In this document: piece after piece, positions 26,301 through 38,300 of the stretch
Layout of the letters: each line of letters starts with the position of its first letter
Numbering within the stretch: position 1 is the first letter of the stretch
DNA from: Podarcis liolepis
Taxonomy: Eukaryota
NCBI GenBank assembly: GCA_965112155.1
Contig: OZ218106.1
Strand: one strand, 5' to 3'
DNA length: 64,000 nucleotides
Translations under genes and position numbers: made by a program
The notes under the pieces: generated by a model
What the model was told of the DNA's origin: nothing
Database searches by the model: none
The model's input: only the letters and a program-made list of their open reading frames with translations

Positions 26301-29300
26301 ATTATTCAAACCTGCAGATTTTGCCCTGTTAAAGACCCACTTCCATTAATATAGCTGAAAAGACCATTTAAAACTTTACTAACCCATATTTAAGCTATGT
26401 GCTCATACATCCCTCTTGCGTAAGGAAAGCTCTGTTTTATAGTAAATCTATTAACTGTTATTACAGTTTCTGTAATTCAGAGATTTCAATGTTTTGAATT
26501 CAAGCCTGAATTTCAGTTAAAAATAGCACATATGCTACAAATGCTAGTGTTGTACTTTGAAAAGAGAAAAGACTTGATTATCAACTAGCAGTATCAATGT
26601 TATTTCGTTATTTTCAGTTAAAGCAGCTCTCTCGCTACTTAAAAAAAGTAATCACGACCTTTGAAAAATAAATCTGTTATTTTACCTATGCTGTCTTCAA
26701 CTGTACCCCACCTATGAATATAGCTGAAATAACCATTTTTATACCTGGATTGTGCGGTCTATATAACAGACATCCTAAAATGCATGCATTGGTGTCTGAG
26801 GAGAAAAACGTACCTTTTTTTTCTTAAGTTGCGCAAGTCCCCATTTGGAAGCTCACCCAAAACAGTATTAAAAATGTTTGGGGGTACCAAAAGGAAGGCA
26901 CGGCAAAGGAGATACTGCAATAGCTATAACAACTTCATTCTAAGATCTTCATTTCAATTGAAGGAAAGTTACCACCGTTTTAAAAAGAAAAAACCAAACC
27001 TCGTTCCATTACAATATTGCTATAGCTGCAAAAAATTATCCTCATACTAGGAAACTTGATTTGTTCCTTTATTCACAAAGCAACTTTTTCCCTAGCTCCC
27101 TTTCCTCTCTTTGTTTGTCTGGAAAGCAGATTTTGTTCCTGTTTCTTCTTTAGACTTTAGCGATTTGTTTCACAACCACTGGTGTTAGTAAAGGCCATCT
27201 TTTAGTCTTAGAAACAGACGAGGTGCGCCACCTTGTGTTTCAAACTCAAGTAATTCCACTGCACATACATTCCACAATAAAACCTCATAAAACACATAGT
27301 TCTTTGAAATGTCAGATTAAGCATGCTAGTACCAAGCTGTCACATTACAGTTGGCAAGGAGCATGCTTAAACTTATTATTTAAATAGTCTGACAAATTTA
27401 ATTATTCTGTGTTATGAAAATGTAGCTCTTCCCTTATTCTACCTATTCAGATACTGTGCTTCAGCCCTTTTTCTGGGCTCACCATGATCTGAGACTTCCT
27501 GGGGGAAAAATACATAATTAATAATAAATTTTCTTTGTATAACTTACCTTTGAGTGTGTGATTGCTAGCGTATCTACCCAAACACGCCAGCCACCCCATT
27601 CGTATTTGACTGCATGGTAAAGTAAAATCCGAAAAATGGCATACACCATTTCAGTTATCTTCTGTTCATCAGCATTTTTGGGATTGAAATAGCAAAGTGA
27701 AAGCATCCATTCCTGCCACACAGAGCACTGTAGTAAACTCCTGCAAAATTGTTGACATTGATAAATTGTAAGTTAGAAACATGCAAACATACAAAACTCA
27801 AGATATCTTAGGTTTTAAAGGCAAAAAATAAATAAACCAGCATGGATTGAACATAATTTGGTAATTATCTATATTACCAAATTTATCTATATTTTAAAAG
27901 GAGGTGGATTATTTGAAACCAATTCAAAAATTAGTTTAATGTTATTCAAACTGAAGAAAGTTTTATGAGGCGTGTTGTGTATACACAAGCATGTACTTAC
28001 CTCCTATTATCTCTGCTGCTATTAAAAAGCTTTATCATATCTGAGAGAAAGACTCTATGGACTTCCAGAGTTTCTGGACTCTGTGGAGAGTTACGCAGCA
28101 AGGTTGCAATAACCTTTAGAACCTCTGTAAAAAATATTTTCAAAAAAAATAATTATCAAATAATCTGAAAACTAGATGAATCATTTCTCATTCTAGTTTC
28201 TTCAAATTACACAAGGGCAATGAAGTTATGTACAGTACTGGAAAACTAAGCAGAAACTGCTAGATCTATTTGTGGGAAAGAAATGGAAGGCTGGAAGATG
28301 GGAGAAACTGTGTTGAATATTTGGTCAAGAAGATCCAGATGTTCTCCATGTGCAAGTTTTGTGGAAAATCAAAACAAACTGGTTCCTAGTATCACACACC
28401 TTGCAGTGTCAATTTAAACATGAGAACAAACCGCAGCATCCATACTCAGAAACAGTAAGTCTCTGATGATTGGATGCTGAACTCACACCACAAGGAAGAG
28501 AACTCAGTTGTTTCCTGTCCTGTTTGAGTTTACATACACACCTGGCGAACCTCTGTTATTAAATAGGACAAGATGGGCAGTGATGTGATCCTTTCAAAAT
28601 AATTCTAATGGGTCTGATTCAACAAGCCCTTCTAGCAGAAAGCAGCACAGTGGGGGGGTTTCTCCCCTTCTCTCCACCGTGCTTCCACAAAATTACCTCA
28701 GAGGGGTCAGAAGAAGACCCAGAACAGTGTGTGGCAGGAGGAGGGGGGCAATCGTTCCGCCTGGCAGGCTGATGTGCTTGTGCTAATGAAAGGGTTGCCA
28801 TTGTGCTACATGGAAGTCCTCCCTATGTTTCCAAGTATACTTTTCTGCCACACAATGGCACTAATTCAGAGACATGGAAGTGGGACTTTTATAGTTAGTG
28901 GTCTGGTTCTGTCCTGTTAGAAATTTCTGGGGAAATGATTCAAGAAACTTAATAATCAACAGTGCTTTGCCAAGAGATCCATTAGTGCTTCTACTTGAAT
29001 TGCTGGGAAAGGTAGAGTTGGGGAAAGTTTTAAAACCTTTATTTATCATTAACATGTAAAATGCAGGGGGTTGGATGGTTATAAAGCTTGAAAAATAGTT
29101 TATGGACAGTAAAATATTAATTGGACTTCCTTAAATTTATTTGCTTCTCCTCCTGCACATATGTTTATATGATTGCCTAGTTTTAGTTCCTTTGTTTTCT
29201 TCTCCCTAAAATTATTATTTTTTAAATAACAGGACTTAGGAAAGCTAAGAACATTTTTTCTGTCACCATCCCAAGTTAGCTGCATTTATACAGGTAATCT

Positions 29301-32300
29301 CCTGGAAAAACCACAAAGGATCTGGTCCAATTATTTGCAGAGGTATATTCCTTTGGTAGAAATGCTATCCCAAGCTTAAGCCTTTTTTTCAACATTTTGA
29401 ACTAGTAAGAATAGTGTGTGTCAATTAACTATTTGTCCTATATCAGAAATACCATTTTGAAAATGAGATGCTACTCTGCTACTGAATGTTTAGTCTATAC
29501 ACAGCCAACTATGCAAGAGGAATCTGGTGCTGTCACATGAAGAGAGGTTTGTTACTTTGAATGTAGACTTTTCTGCATGGACAGAGTGGACTTGCAGCTA
29601 GATTCAGCCCCAGCAACCAAGACACTGATATTCTTATCTAGCAATGGTCAGCAGGGCAACCTAGGCAGGTTGGGAGCTGTCCCCTAGCTTCCTGACACGG
29701 AGAGTGTCTGACACTAACCAAGAGGGGAAGGTGTGGGAAGTTCAGTGTAGGAAAGGGGTAAGAGTGTTGGACTGGCTGCACTGCCCCATTTGGAAGCCAG
29801 ACATCCAACAATACAATGTTGTTGTTGTTGTTTAGTCGTGTCTGACTCTTCGTGACCCCATAGACCAGAGCCCGCCTGCAATGTTAATTTAACCCCCTGC
29901 AATGTTAATTTAATTAATACATAGTATTAATTAGAGGGTAGGGACGTGGGTGGGACTGTGGGTTAAACCACAGAGCCTAAGAATTGCTGATCAGAAGGTT
30001 GGCGGTTCGAATCCCTGCGACTGGATGAGCTCCCGTTGCTCGGTCCCTGCTCCTGCCAACCTAACAGTTCGAAAGCACGTCAAAGTGCAAGTAGATAAAT
30101 AGGTACCGCTCCGGCGGGAAGGTAAACAGCGTTTCCATGCACTGCTCTGGTTTGCCAGAAGCGGCTTAGTCATGCTGGCCACATGACTCGGAAGCTGTAC
30201 GCCAGCTCCCTCGGCCAATAAAGCAAGATAAGCACCGCAACCCCAGAGTCGGTCACGACTGGACCTAATGGTGAGGGGTCCCTTTACCTGTAATTTATTA
30301 ATTAGAGGACTCTTGGGAATCCCTTCCAACTCTGCAATTCTATAATTCTATTAAATAATACTAATAATAATGTTTTTGTTTAGAAAAAAAATCAGCCAAA
30401 AAAGTACAGCAACTTAATATTATAAGCCTGTTGCTACAGATTAGCAAGAATTGAGGGTGGTATTCAGCTAAGTTTTACTCAGAGCAAACCCACTGAAATT
30501 AATGGACCTAACTTAGGGCCAGATTCAACTTAGTAGTCCCACTAGCAGAAGCCCCTGCCCACATCACACACCACACACACCTCAACTCCGAAATAGCTAG
30601 GGAGTATGCGAGAACCTTCAGAGCAGTGCGTGGGCTGAGCAGAGGGCAAATCGTTCCATCAGGCAAACAGTCTGATGGAACACAGTCGTGTTCATTCATT
30701 TCAACTGATCTATGCTGAGTAAGGCTTAGTTGAATGACTTCAACTCCCAGTAAGGCTTAGTTGAATGACTTCAACTCCCACCAGTTTCCTCCAACAAGGC
30801 CAAGAGCCAGGAACACTGGGTGGTGTAGATGCACATATGGAAGAACACAACTTCCCATCCATGCAATAAAGGTAATTTAGGAATGTTTCTGCTATAGCTT
30901 GCACTATACAGTGATGTCATACCAAACTGGATAATCAGATTTGTGGTAGAATCTGAATGGCTGTTAAAATTAAAACTTCCTATCGCTGATGAACATAGAA
31001 AAAAACTTATCATGCCACACAGCCAACAATCCCCAAGTGGTGAGCCTTAGATTTCTAATTCTACCCAAACAAATAATTTAAAGAGAGACACAAGTTCCTA
31101 GACTAATCCCTAACCCCAATTTGTGTAATTGGTGACTTCAAAGCTACTTTAGAACTGCTTTGGAGCTACTTAAAAGAACATAATGCTTACGAGGATTTTG
31201 TATTTTCACTGTTGAATCTGGGTCAGGATGCTGCTTATGTATCACTTGAGTACAAATCTGCTCAATAAGTATCTAGGGGAAAAGAAGGGATTATTATTAG
31301 GGCAAAATTCAAATATTTAAGAACATGTTACTCTGATGGGTGCATCTTATAGGTAATGATCCCTCAAAGAGTTATTTCCATTCATAAAATGTTTCAAACT
31401 TCTGCATATCTCTAGCATGGCTAAACATAGAAAAGAGTGGATTGAACTGAGAAGAAATGTTGCTTTTAGATGTATAGCAAGCACTAAGAAACATTAGTTA
31501 CTTTAGAAAATGAGTATGCCNNNNNNNNNNNNNNNNNNNNNNNNNNNNNNNNNNNNNNNNNNNNNNNNNNNNNNNNNNNNNNNNNNNNNNNNNNNNNNNN
31601 NNNNNNNNNNNNNNNNNNNNNNNNNNNNNNNNNNNNNNNNNNNNNNNNNNNNNNNNNNNNNNNNNNNNNNNNNNNNNNNNNNNNNNNNAGCCTCATTATA
31701 ACAATACCAATTTATAATACAATTACTAATACCAATCATTCAAATACCAAATTATTGATGTTTTGATGATTTTCTTTATTTCTGCGTTCCAAAATCTTAT
31801 TAATTTCAATTACATTCCAGTCATGATGATAATCCCTTATACAACAACTGCAATATTAATAACTTCTGTCTGTGTTGACACATTAAATTATTTATAAAAC
31901 TATAAGCGAGGCATTCAAACTATATCCTTATTCTTCCTGTGTGTGGCAGTTATTCTGTCTGTAGTGTTTCTTCCTGTCCTTGTAAAATGTTATGTCTATC
32001 TTTTCCTGGTTGTTGCTGTTATCCATCATGCCTCTGGTGAAGCTGATATCCCATTGTTATTTCAGAAATTTCTTCATTGCTCCACCCCGTGCCCACATCA
32101 AGTAACTGAGCAAGCTTAATATAACTTATTCGTTGTATCAACAGATTGGACCAAAGTAACAGAGCTGCCTACTGAAGAGTTTTACAGTCTCATTCTGTGA
32201 TGTCAAACATCTGTGATGTCAAACATCCTGTGGTGTCAAACATCTCAAACTACTGTCACACATGTCAGAAGAGTGGTGGCAAGGCATCACTTTTGGCACA

Positions 32301-35300
32301 GCTCATTTGGCCAAAAGCTCATTTTGCAATAATGCCTACACCATTAGGAAAAAAAAAGGATTTTAATTCTAGTACCTCAAATAGCACATTATATGTGGTC
32401 ATGGTTATTAAGCTTGTTTGAAGTGTGAGCCTCTCAGCCAGTAGAGAGAACAGTCCATGTCCAAGCATGATTTCAGCTTTTCTCCTAATATTATACAGAG
32501 AGGGGAGAGAAGCACGTCCGTTAATTTGTACGGTACATTTCTGAAAAAGTAACTTGATCAAATTTGGGCCCAGTGTGGTTTTGAGACTGGAATCCCCCTC
32601 CCCAGAAATACCCCAATTTATTCTGCTGTTTTAGCTTATGTCTGCAGGGTTTTGGAAGCTATAATTTTAGTCCACTATGATAATCAAAAACAAAAAGCAG
32701 AAGAAGGAAAGGGAGAACCCTGAATCTAGTATAATAAAGGGTTGACTTGCCTACAATTTAAGTTCACAAAATAATGAGTTAACAGATACTGATGTGCATA
32801 AGACATATTTGTTTCTTCTGAAAATTTGACAGCTACATTTAACAACAGCAAAAATATTTCCAATCCAGTGATAAAACAATTAAGTCTGTTGTTAACTCCC
32901 CCTACAGCAGTAACACCAAGTAATATATACAGCCCAGACAAATAACATTTAAGGGCTTGTTTGCCTTTTGTGATTCAAGTTCGTGGGGAATCTACCAAAT
33001 ACTTACTTGGGTGCCAGATGCTTTAAGAAGTACCCCAATACTTTCAGAGCTTGTACCCGGATCCCTTCACTTTTCGATGCAAGAAGTTTATAGACAACAC
33101 TAAAGAAGAGAAGGGGCAAATAATTCCATGAAATAAGTATGCCTAAAAGTCAATAAAGTGCTTTAGGGTAATTTTAGCTGGATTTGTGCCAAAGAACAGG
33201 TAAATGAATACATTAATGTTTAAAATGACATGACATATATTAATAGAAGATTGATTGGAAATGAATTTAAAAGATAGCATGTATTTAAAAATAATAATAC
33301 TAGCTTTCCAAAGCATCAGTTTATAAAGAACACAATCTTTGGGCGAAACAGTGTATTTGCTATTCATTCCTTTCACTCGGCTTGCAGTGTAAGAAAACAC
33401 ATTTATTAGCACTTCTACATTTCCAAGTGACAGACTAAAAAGCTCTTAAAGGATTCAGTCTCATGTAAGAGAGAAACTTATGCTAACAGTAATATTTGAC
33501 ATGTGTCCCTTGCTAGTCATTTATGACAGCTTTCAGAAGACGGGGGGAAACAAATTCTGTCATCTGACATCCTTTTCTTTTTTACTCACACACTATGCTT
33601 GAAATTATTACATAAAAAGGTTAATTCTATACATATTAGAATCCTAGCAGAGCTGTCTTGTATGCAGTGTTCTAGATGTGTGTATTGCCCTTCTGTGTAC
33701 ATAGTTTGGTTTTTAGTCCCTCAGTTTCATCTCTTTAGTCAGATTTTTTTTAAAAAAAACACATAACCTGGTGTTCGTTTTTATTTAAATATCATTTCTT
33801 ATCAAGTGTACAACAAACAGGTTATTTTACGACATATGTAAAGACTAAAAGCGGCTGCCACCATTGTTTTTTTCCACTACAACTACAAGTGACAAATCCC
33901 CAACCAGAAAAATTGCATATCCAATGTTTAGCAAAATACTACACGAAAGGAAGCACTTATCTGAATTTCTGGTCATCACAAATTTGACAGGAAATTATCA
34001 TTATTCTGTATGAGTTCCTGCTGTGCAATACTACACATACTGCTTAACGTCATGGTGGTTTTTTTCCTCCAAGCCATAAGAGGAGCACACATGCACCAAG
34101 GGAACCATGTTTCATTGTGGAGCCTACCAAATTTACATAGGGTGCCAGATATCTATTGCAGTCACAATTTATATTGTGGCATTTACTATATTTAAAGAGT
34201 GAACATGGTAAGTATGAGCTAGATTAAAATTCGGTTTAAAACTATAATCTGAAGGTTTATACACTAAATAACTGGCTGCAGGCTGGAGAGACCTTGTATA
34301 TCTGAATCCTTGCTGGCTGAGACTTTTCAACACCACTCTGTCTCTCGTAGACAACCTGCTGTTCCTGCTTTCCTGTGGGAAGCACTAGCTCACCAAGTCA
34401 AGCTTTCTAGCCTCTCATCCGATTCTTATGGGAAGCCTCCGTAACCAAGTGAAAAATGAATCTGCTCCTTCTGTCTGCAACAAGCCCTGATGGATTTCTG
34501 CTAATTTTCAAAACCAATGGACCTGAGGTGCATCTCAATCAGTAGATAGAGATATACTTTACTAAAAAATTTCAAGTCTATTCAATTGCTTTTTTGTTAA
34601 GGAAGCCAAAGCTTTGTTCATTTATTTGGCTTTCTTTAACACATCAGGTCTTTATGCAGTGAGAAAGATTCCTGACCCATACTAGTTACAATCATATGAC
34701 AAGTGGTAGGATGGTAATGTTACCATTTTCAGACTACATATGTGCACATGCATCAATCTGCATTACTGAGTTTGCAGATAAAATAAGAACTAAAATGCAA
34801 CCACAACAAAGTAACTACCTTCTCAGCTAAAATCAAGTAGCCTTCACAAGGAAGCCAGAAGCCGGAACAAATAAACACCTATACATTCCAGTACTCTTCA
34901 GGTCATGGGTAGGCAAACTAAGGCCCAGGGGTTGGATCTGGCCCAATCGCCTTCTAAATCCAGCCCGCGGATGGTCCGGGAATCAGCGTGTTTTTACATG
35001 AGTAGAATGTGTGCTTTTATTTAAAATGCATCTCTGGGTTATTTGTGAGGCATAGGATTTAGTTGTCCCCCCCCAAAAAAAAAATAGTCCGCCCCCCTAC
35101 AAGGTCTGAGGGACAGTGGACCGGCCCCCTACTGAAAAAGTTTGCTGACCCTTGCTTTAGGTGCTTTGATTGTTATCTTATTTACTTGATTAAAATGTGA
35201 AATTATCAGTTACTGAGAGCAGAAGAAGCTGGGATTTTTTTAGCCAAACTGATTTGCAGATATAGTAAACTAGGTAAGTTTTCTTTCACCAATCATTCCC

Positions 35301-38300
35301 ACTGGAATTCTTCTTCTTTGAGAACAAGTTTAAGTTAGCCAGATATTATAGATCATATTGATATGTCCTGCACAGGTGAATGATTCAGCTCAAAACAGCT
35401 GTATACAATTCACAGTTTTATTCTGACTTAGGTACCTCTTAGCAGATGCCAAGAATATTTTTTCCCCTGTCCCAAGGAATGAATGTCATCTAGTGTGAGT
35501 GCTCTGCACTAAAGAGAGGAAGAATAGGCAGAAGTGATAAACCATTCATTTGCAGCCACTTTTACCAAACTGATCCAGCCTTTGGAGAAGCAATTTTAAT
35601 AAGATGCAAAGACTGAGAATGCTCTCATAAAGTTTGCTATCAGAACTGATCAACCAGACCTGCTGTGATAATGCTATTATTAATCTCAAATACAGCAGAC
35701 AGGCAATTTTTGAGGAGCTCCGGATAACCAGACACAGCAACATACATGCTATATACCTCTCTACCGATGAACAAATCTTTGCAAAGTGACGTTTTGTCTG
35801 GTACTTCCAAATGCACACAAGTAAGGGACCCCCCCACACACACATAATGCTTTGTTCCTGGTGTCAACAGCTCATTGGAAGATGGAAATATACAGAAAAG
35901 GAGAGCACAGACTCCATTAATAAAAGGGCCCTTAAAGGAGTGACAGTCTGCAGTATCCTAACTCTCAGATTTTCTTTACAAGCAACTGACCTTTATTTCC
36001 AAACTACAAATATTTAAAAACTTTTTTGCACATGTTTAAGTATAAAGAACACTTAACTAGCCATATAGCTACATGTTAAGAATATAAAGAGAGCAGACTT
36101 CTTACCATACAATGACATCAAAGCTGTACACATTTTTAAATTAAAAAAACACACATCAACAAACGGGAAAATAAGTGATTTCTCACAGCAAACTAGCTGC
36201 ACACATACATTTACCCTATGCTAGCTAATAAAAAAAGATTGCCTTTTGCCACTTAAGTAAAAGCAAAGTAATACATAGGAGACCTCATACGATATTCATT
36301 ATTCTGAGTGTTTTATTAGTTTCCAGCACATACCGCATTACCATACAAATGATCACAACAGCCAGCACCACAAAAAAGTAGCCGTAAAGAGAAGGAGAAA
36401 GCAATTATGAACAAGAGCAGGTGACTCTTGAGGCAGGAAAACTTGTAATGTGTAATATGATATAACCCAAGGTTAACCAATAGTTGTGACAAAACATATG
36501 AAATGAGAATGCTTTTTTTTATACAGCAAATGAATTACTGCTCCCAAAACTGTTCTAACAGTAACTCTCTTATTTGACTCTATGTTTGCATTCTCTCCTG
36601 GCATCAACTCTGAATTAATTTTAAGTGAGAAAAGGTCCAACGCTGTGGCCACCCATGGAGCCATAAACTAAATGGTGACATTTTCAAACCAAACTGGAGT
36701 ATGAACCTCCAACTAATATAAATAGTTGAATGCACAAGTAGGAGGTGGATAAAAAAATCAACACACAGTGCTGGCTGAAGGCACACACAACTTTAATAAA
36801 ACACATCAAATGAACAACAACGGTTTGTCATTTAATGAGTATGGATTCAAGTGTAGTAGCACAAGTTTGAGTGGTGCTCAGCCAGTCTACTGAACAGAAA
36901 GTTAAGGAGGTGCGTAGCATTAAGCAGAAGCAGGCAGCTCAAGAACCACTGCTTTATGCACATCCTTTCTGGCACAGACTGAACCTTTACCAGTTTAGGT
37001 ACACAAAGCCCCAAAGCCCCATTTTCTAAACAGATGGCCCTACAATGACCAGCTGGCACACCCCACCAAGAGTAAGTGAGCAAGAACCCTCTGCAGTCAA
37101 CAGATGCTTCACCCATAATAGGCAGCTTGAGCCCAAACTGCACATCACGTTGGCCTTACTTTGAAGGCTTTCATGGGTGCCCCAGGCTCTGAGTTTTCAT
37201 TTAAACAAAAAACAAAAAACCCATGGTATGTAAATCAAGAACAGAGTTTTGTTGCAGATAGTGGTTTGTGTGGAATAAGAGAAAACCCACATTTGGATGA
37301 CACGCTAAGTCAAAACATGGCTTAGCTCACAACAGTGCAGCAGTAGCAGTCACAATTTTCTCTATGGCAGCCCACATGCTTGCATATTCACATGGCTTGG
37401 GAGACGCCCAATATTAATAGCTCCCCTATCGTAAATCTGGAGTCATTACACATTTGCCTGTAATATGTTTACACAATGCAACCACAACATTAACTGAGAT
37501 GAGAAAATCAGAGGAAATTACTCTGCAATGGAGACTCTAACGGTATCCAAATTCAAGTAGGACTTCCAGTGGCAAATAAAATGATACGAATACTCTTATT
37601 TATGGTTGTTTTGACTGAAATGTAACTCTTACCGTAATCCATTCCTCTGATCAAAGGCTGGGATCATAGAGCTGGGGTGCTCTGACATAAGGGCAACAAG
37701 TAGCTGTAGGACATCCATTAAATTGTCATCCTGTTAAATGGAGATCCACATTCATATAATCATTGAATTATCAGTGCAATCTTCCAGATAAGAGAATATA
37801 GAATTGTAATCCAAATCAACTTTGTTGAAGACAAAGAGAACATACATAAATAATAAAAATATTGGATAAATATATGTGACTGGGGGCATGACCACCAAAA
37901 AAGCCCAGTAAGTTTGATCCAGACTTCACCTTTTTGCCAATTCTCTCCCTACACCCCCTCCCACCATTTTCCACACTGCAAAGGAGGCTATTCCAGCCTT
38001 CTATGGGAACTTTTAATCTGGATCCAGTTCATTGCCAGGACTGATTAACCTGAAACAACAACTGGACAACCCTAACAAGAACTCAGAATTCACAAAGCAG
38101 TACACTTACCCTGTGTGAAATGGGGCATTTTTATTTTTTAAAAATGCATGAATAGTAGCTATATAGTTTTATTTACACACACATACACACACATGCACAC
38201 ATACATGTCAGGATCTAAAAAAAACCAAACAACTTGGTATTTTTCAACAAAAAACACCACCAAGCAGAAAAGAACTTCAAAAGAAACTTTAATATAGAAC

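Noticed and set aside
27232-27258. 27-nt exon WNYLSLKHK as a stand-alone call
   Set aside because: Frame-preserving, but both splice sites are weak (gtatgtgcag, gtggcg); kept only within the cluster finding.
31484-31739. ORFs with poly-X
   Set aside because: Artefacts of the N gap; exons 19 and 20 join in phase, so no exon need be missing.
38100-38130. ccccatttcacacag-G-gtaagt (1-nt exon or RS-like site) in intron 16
   Set aside because: Would shift the frame, short intron, no other support; probably chance.
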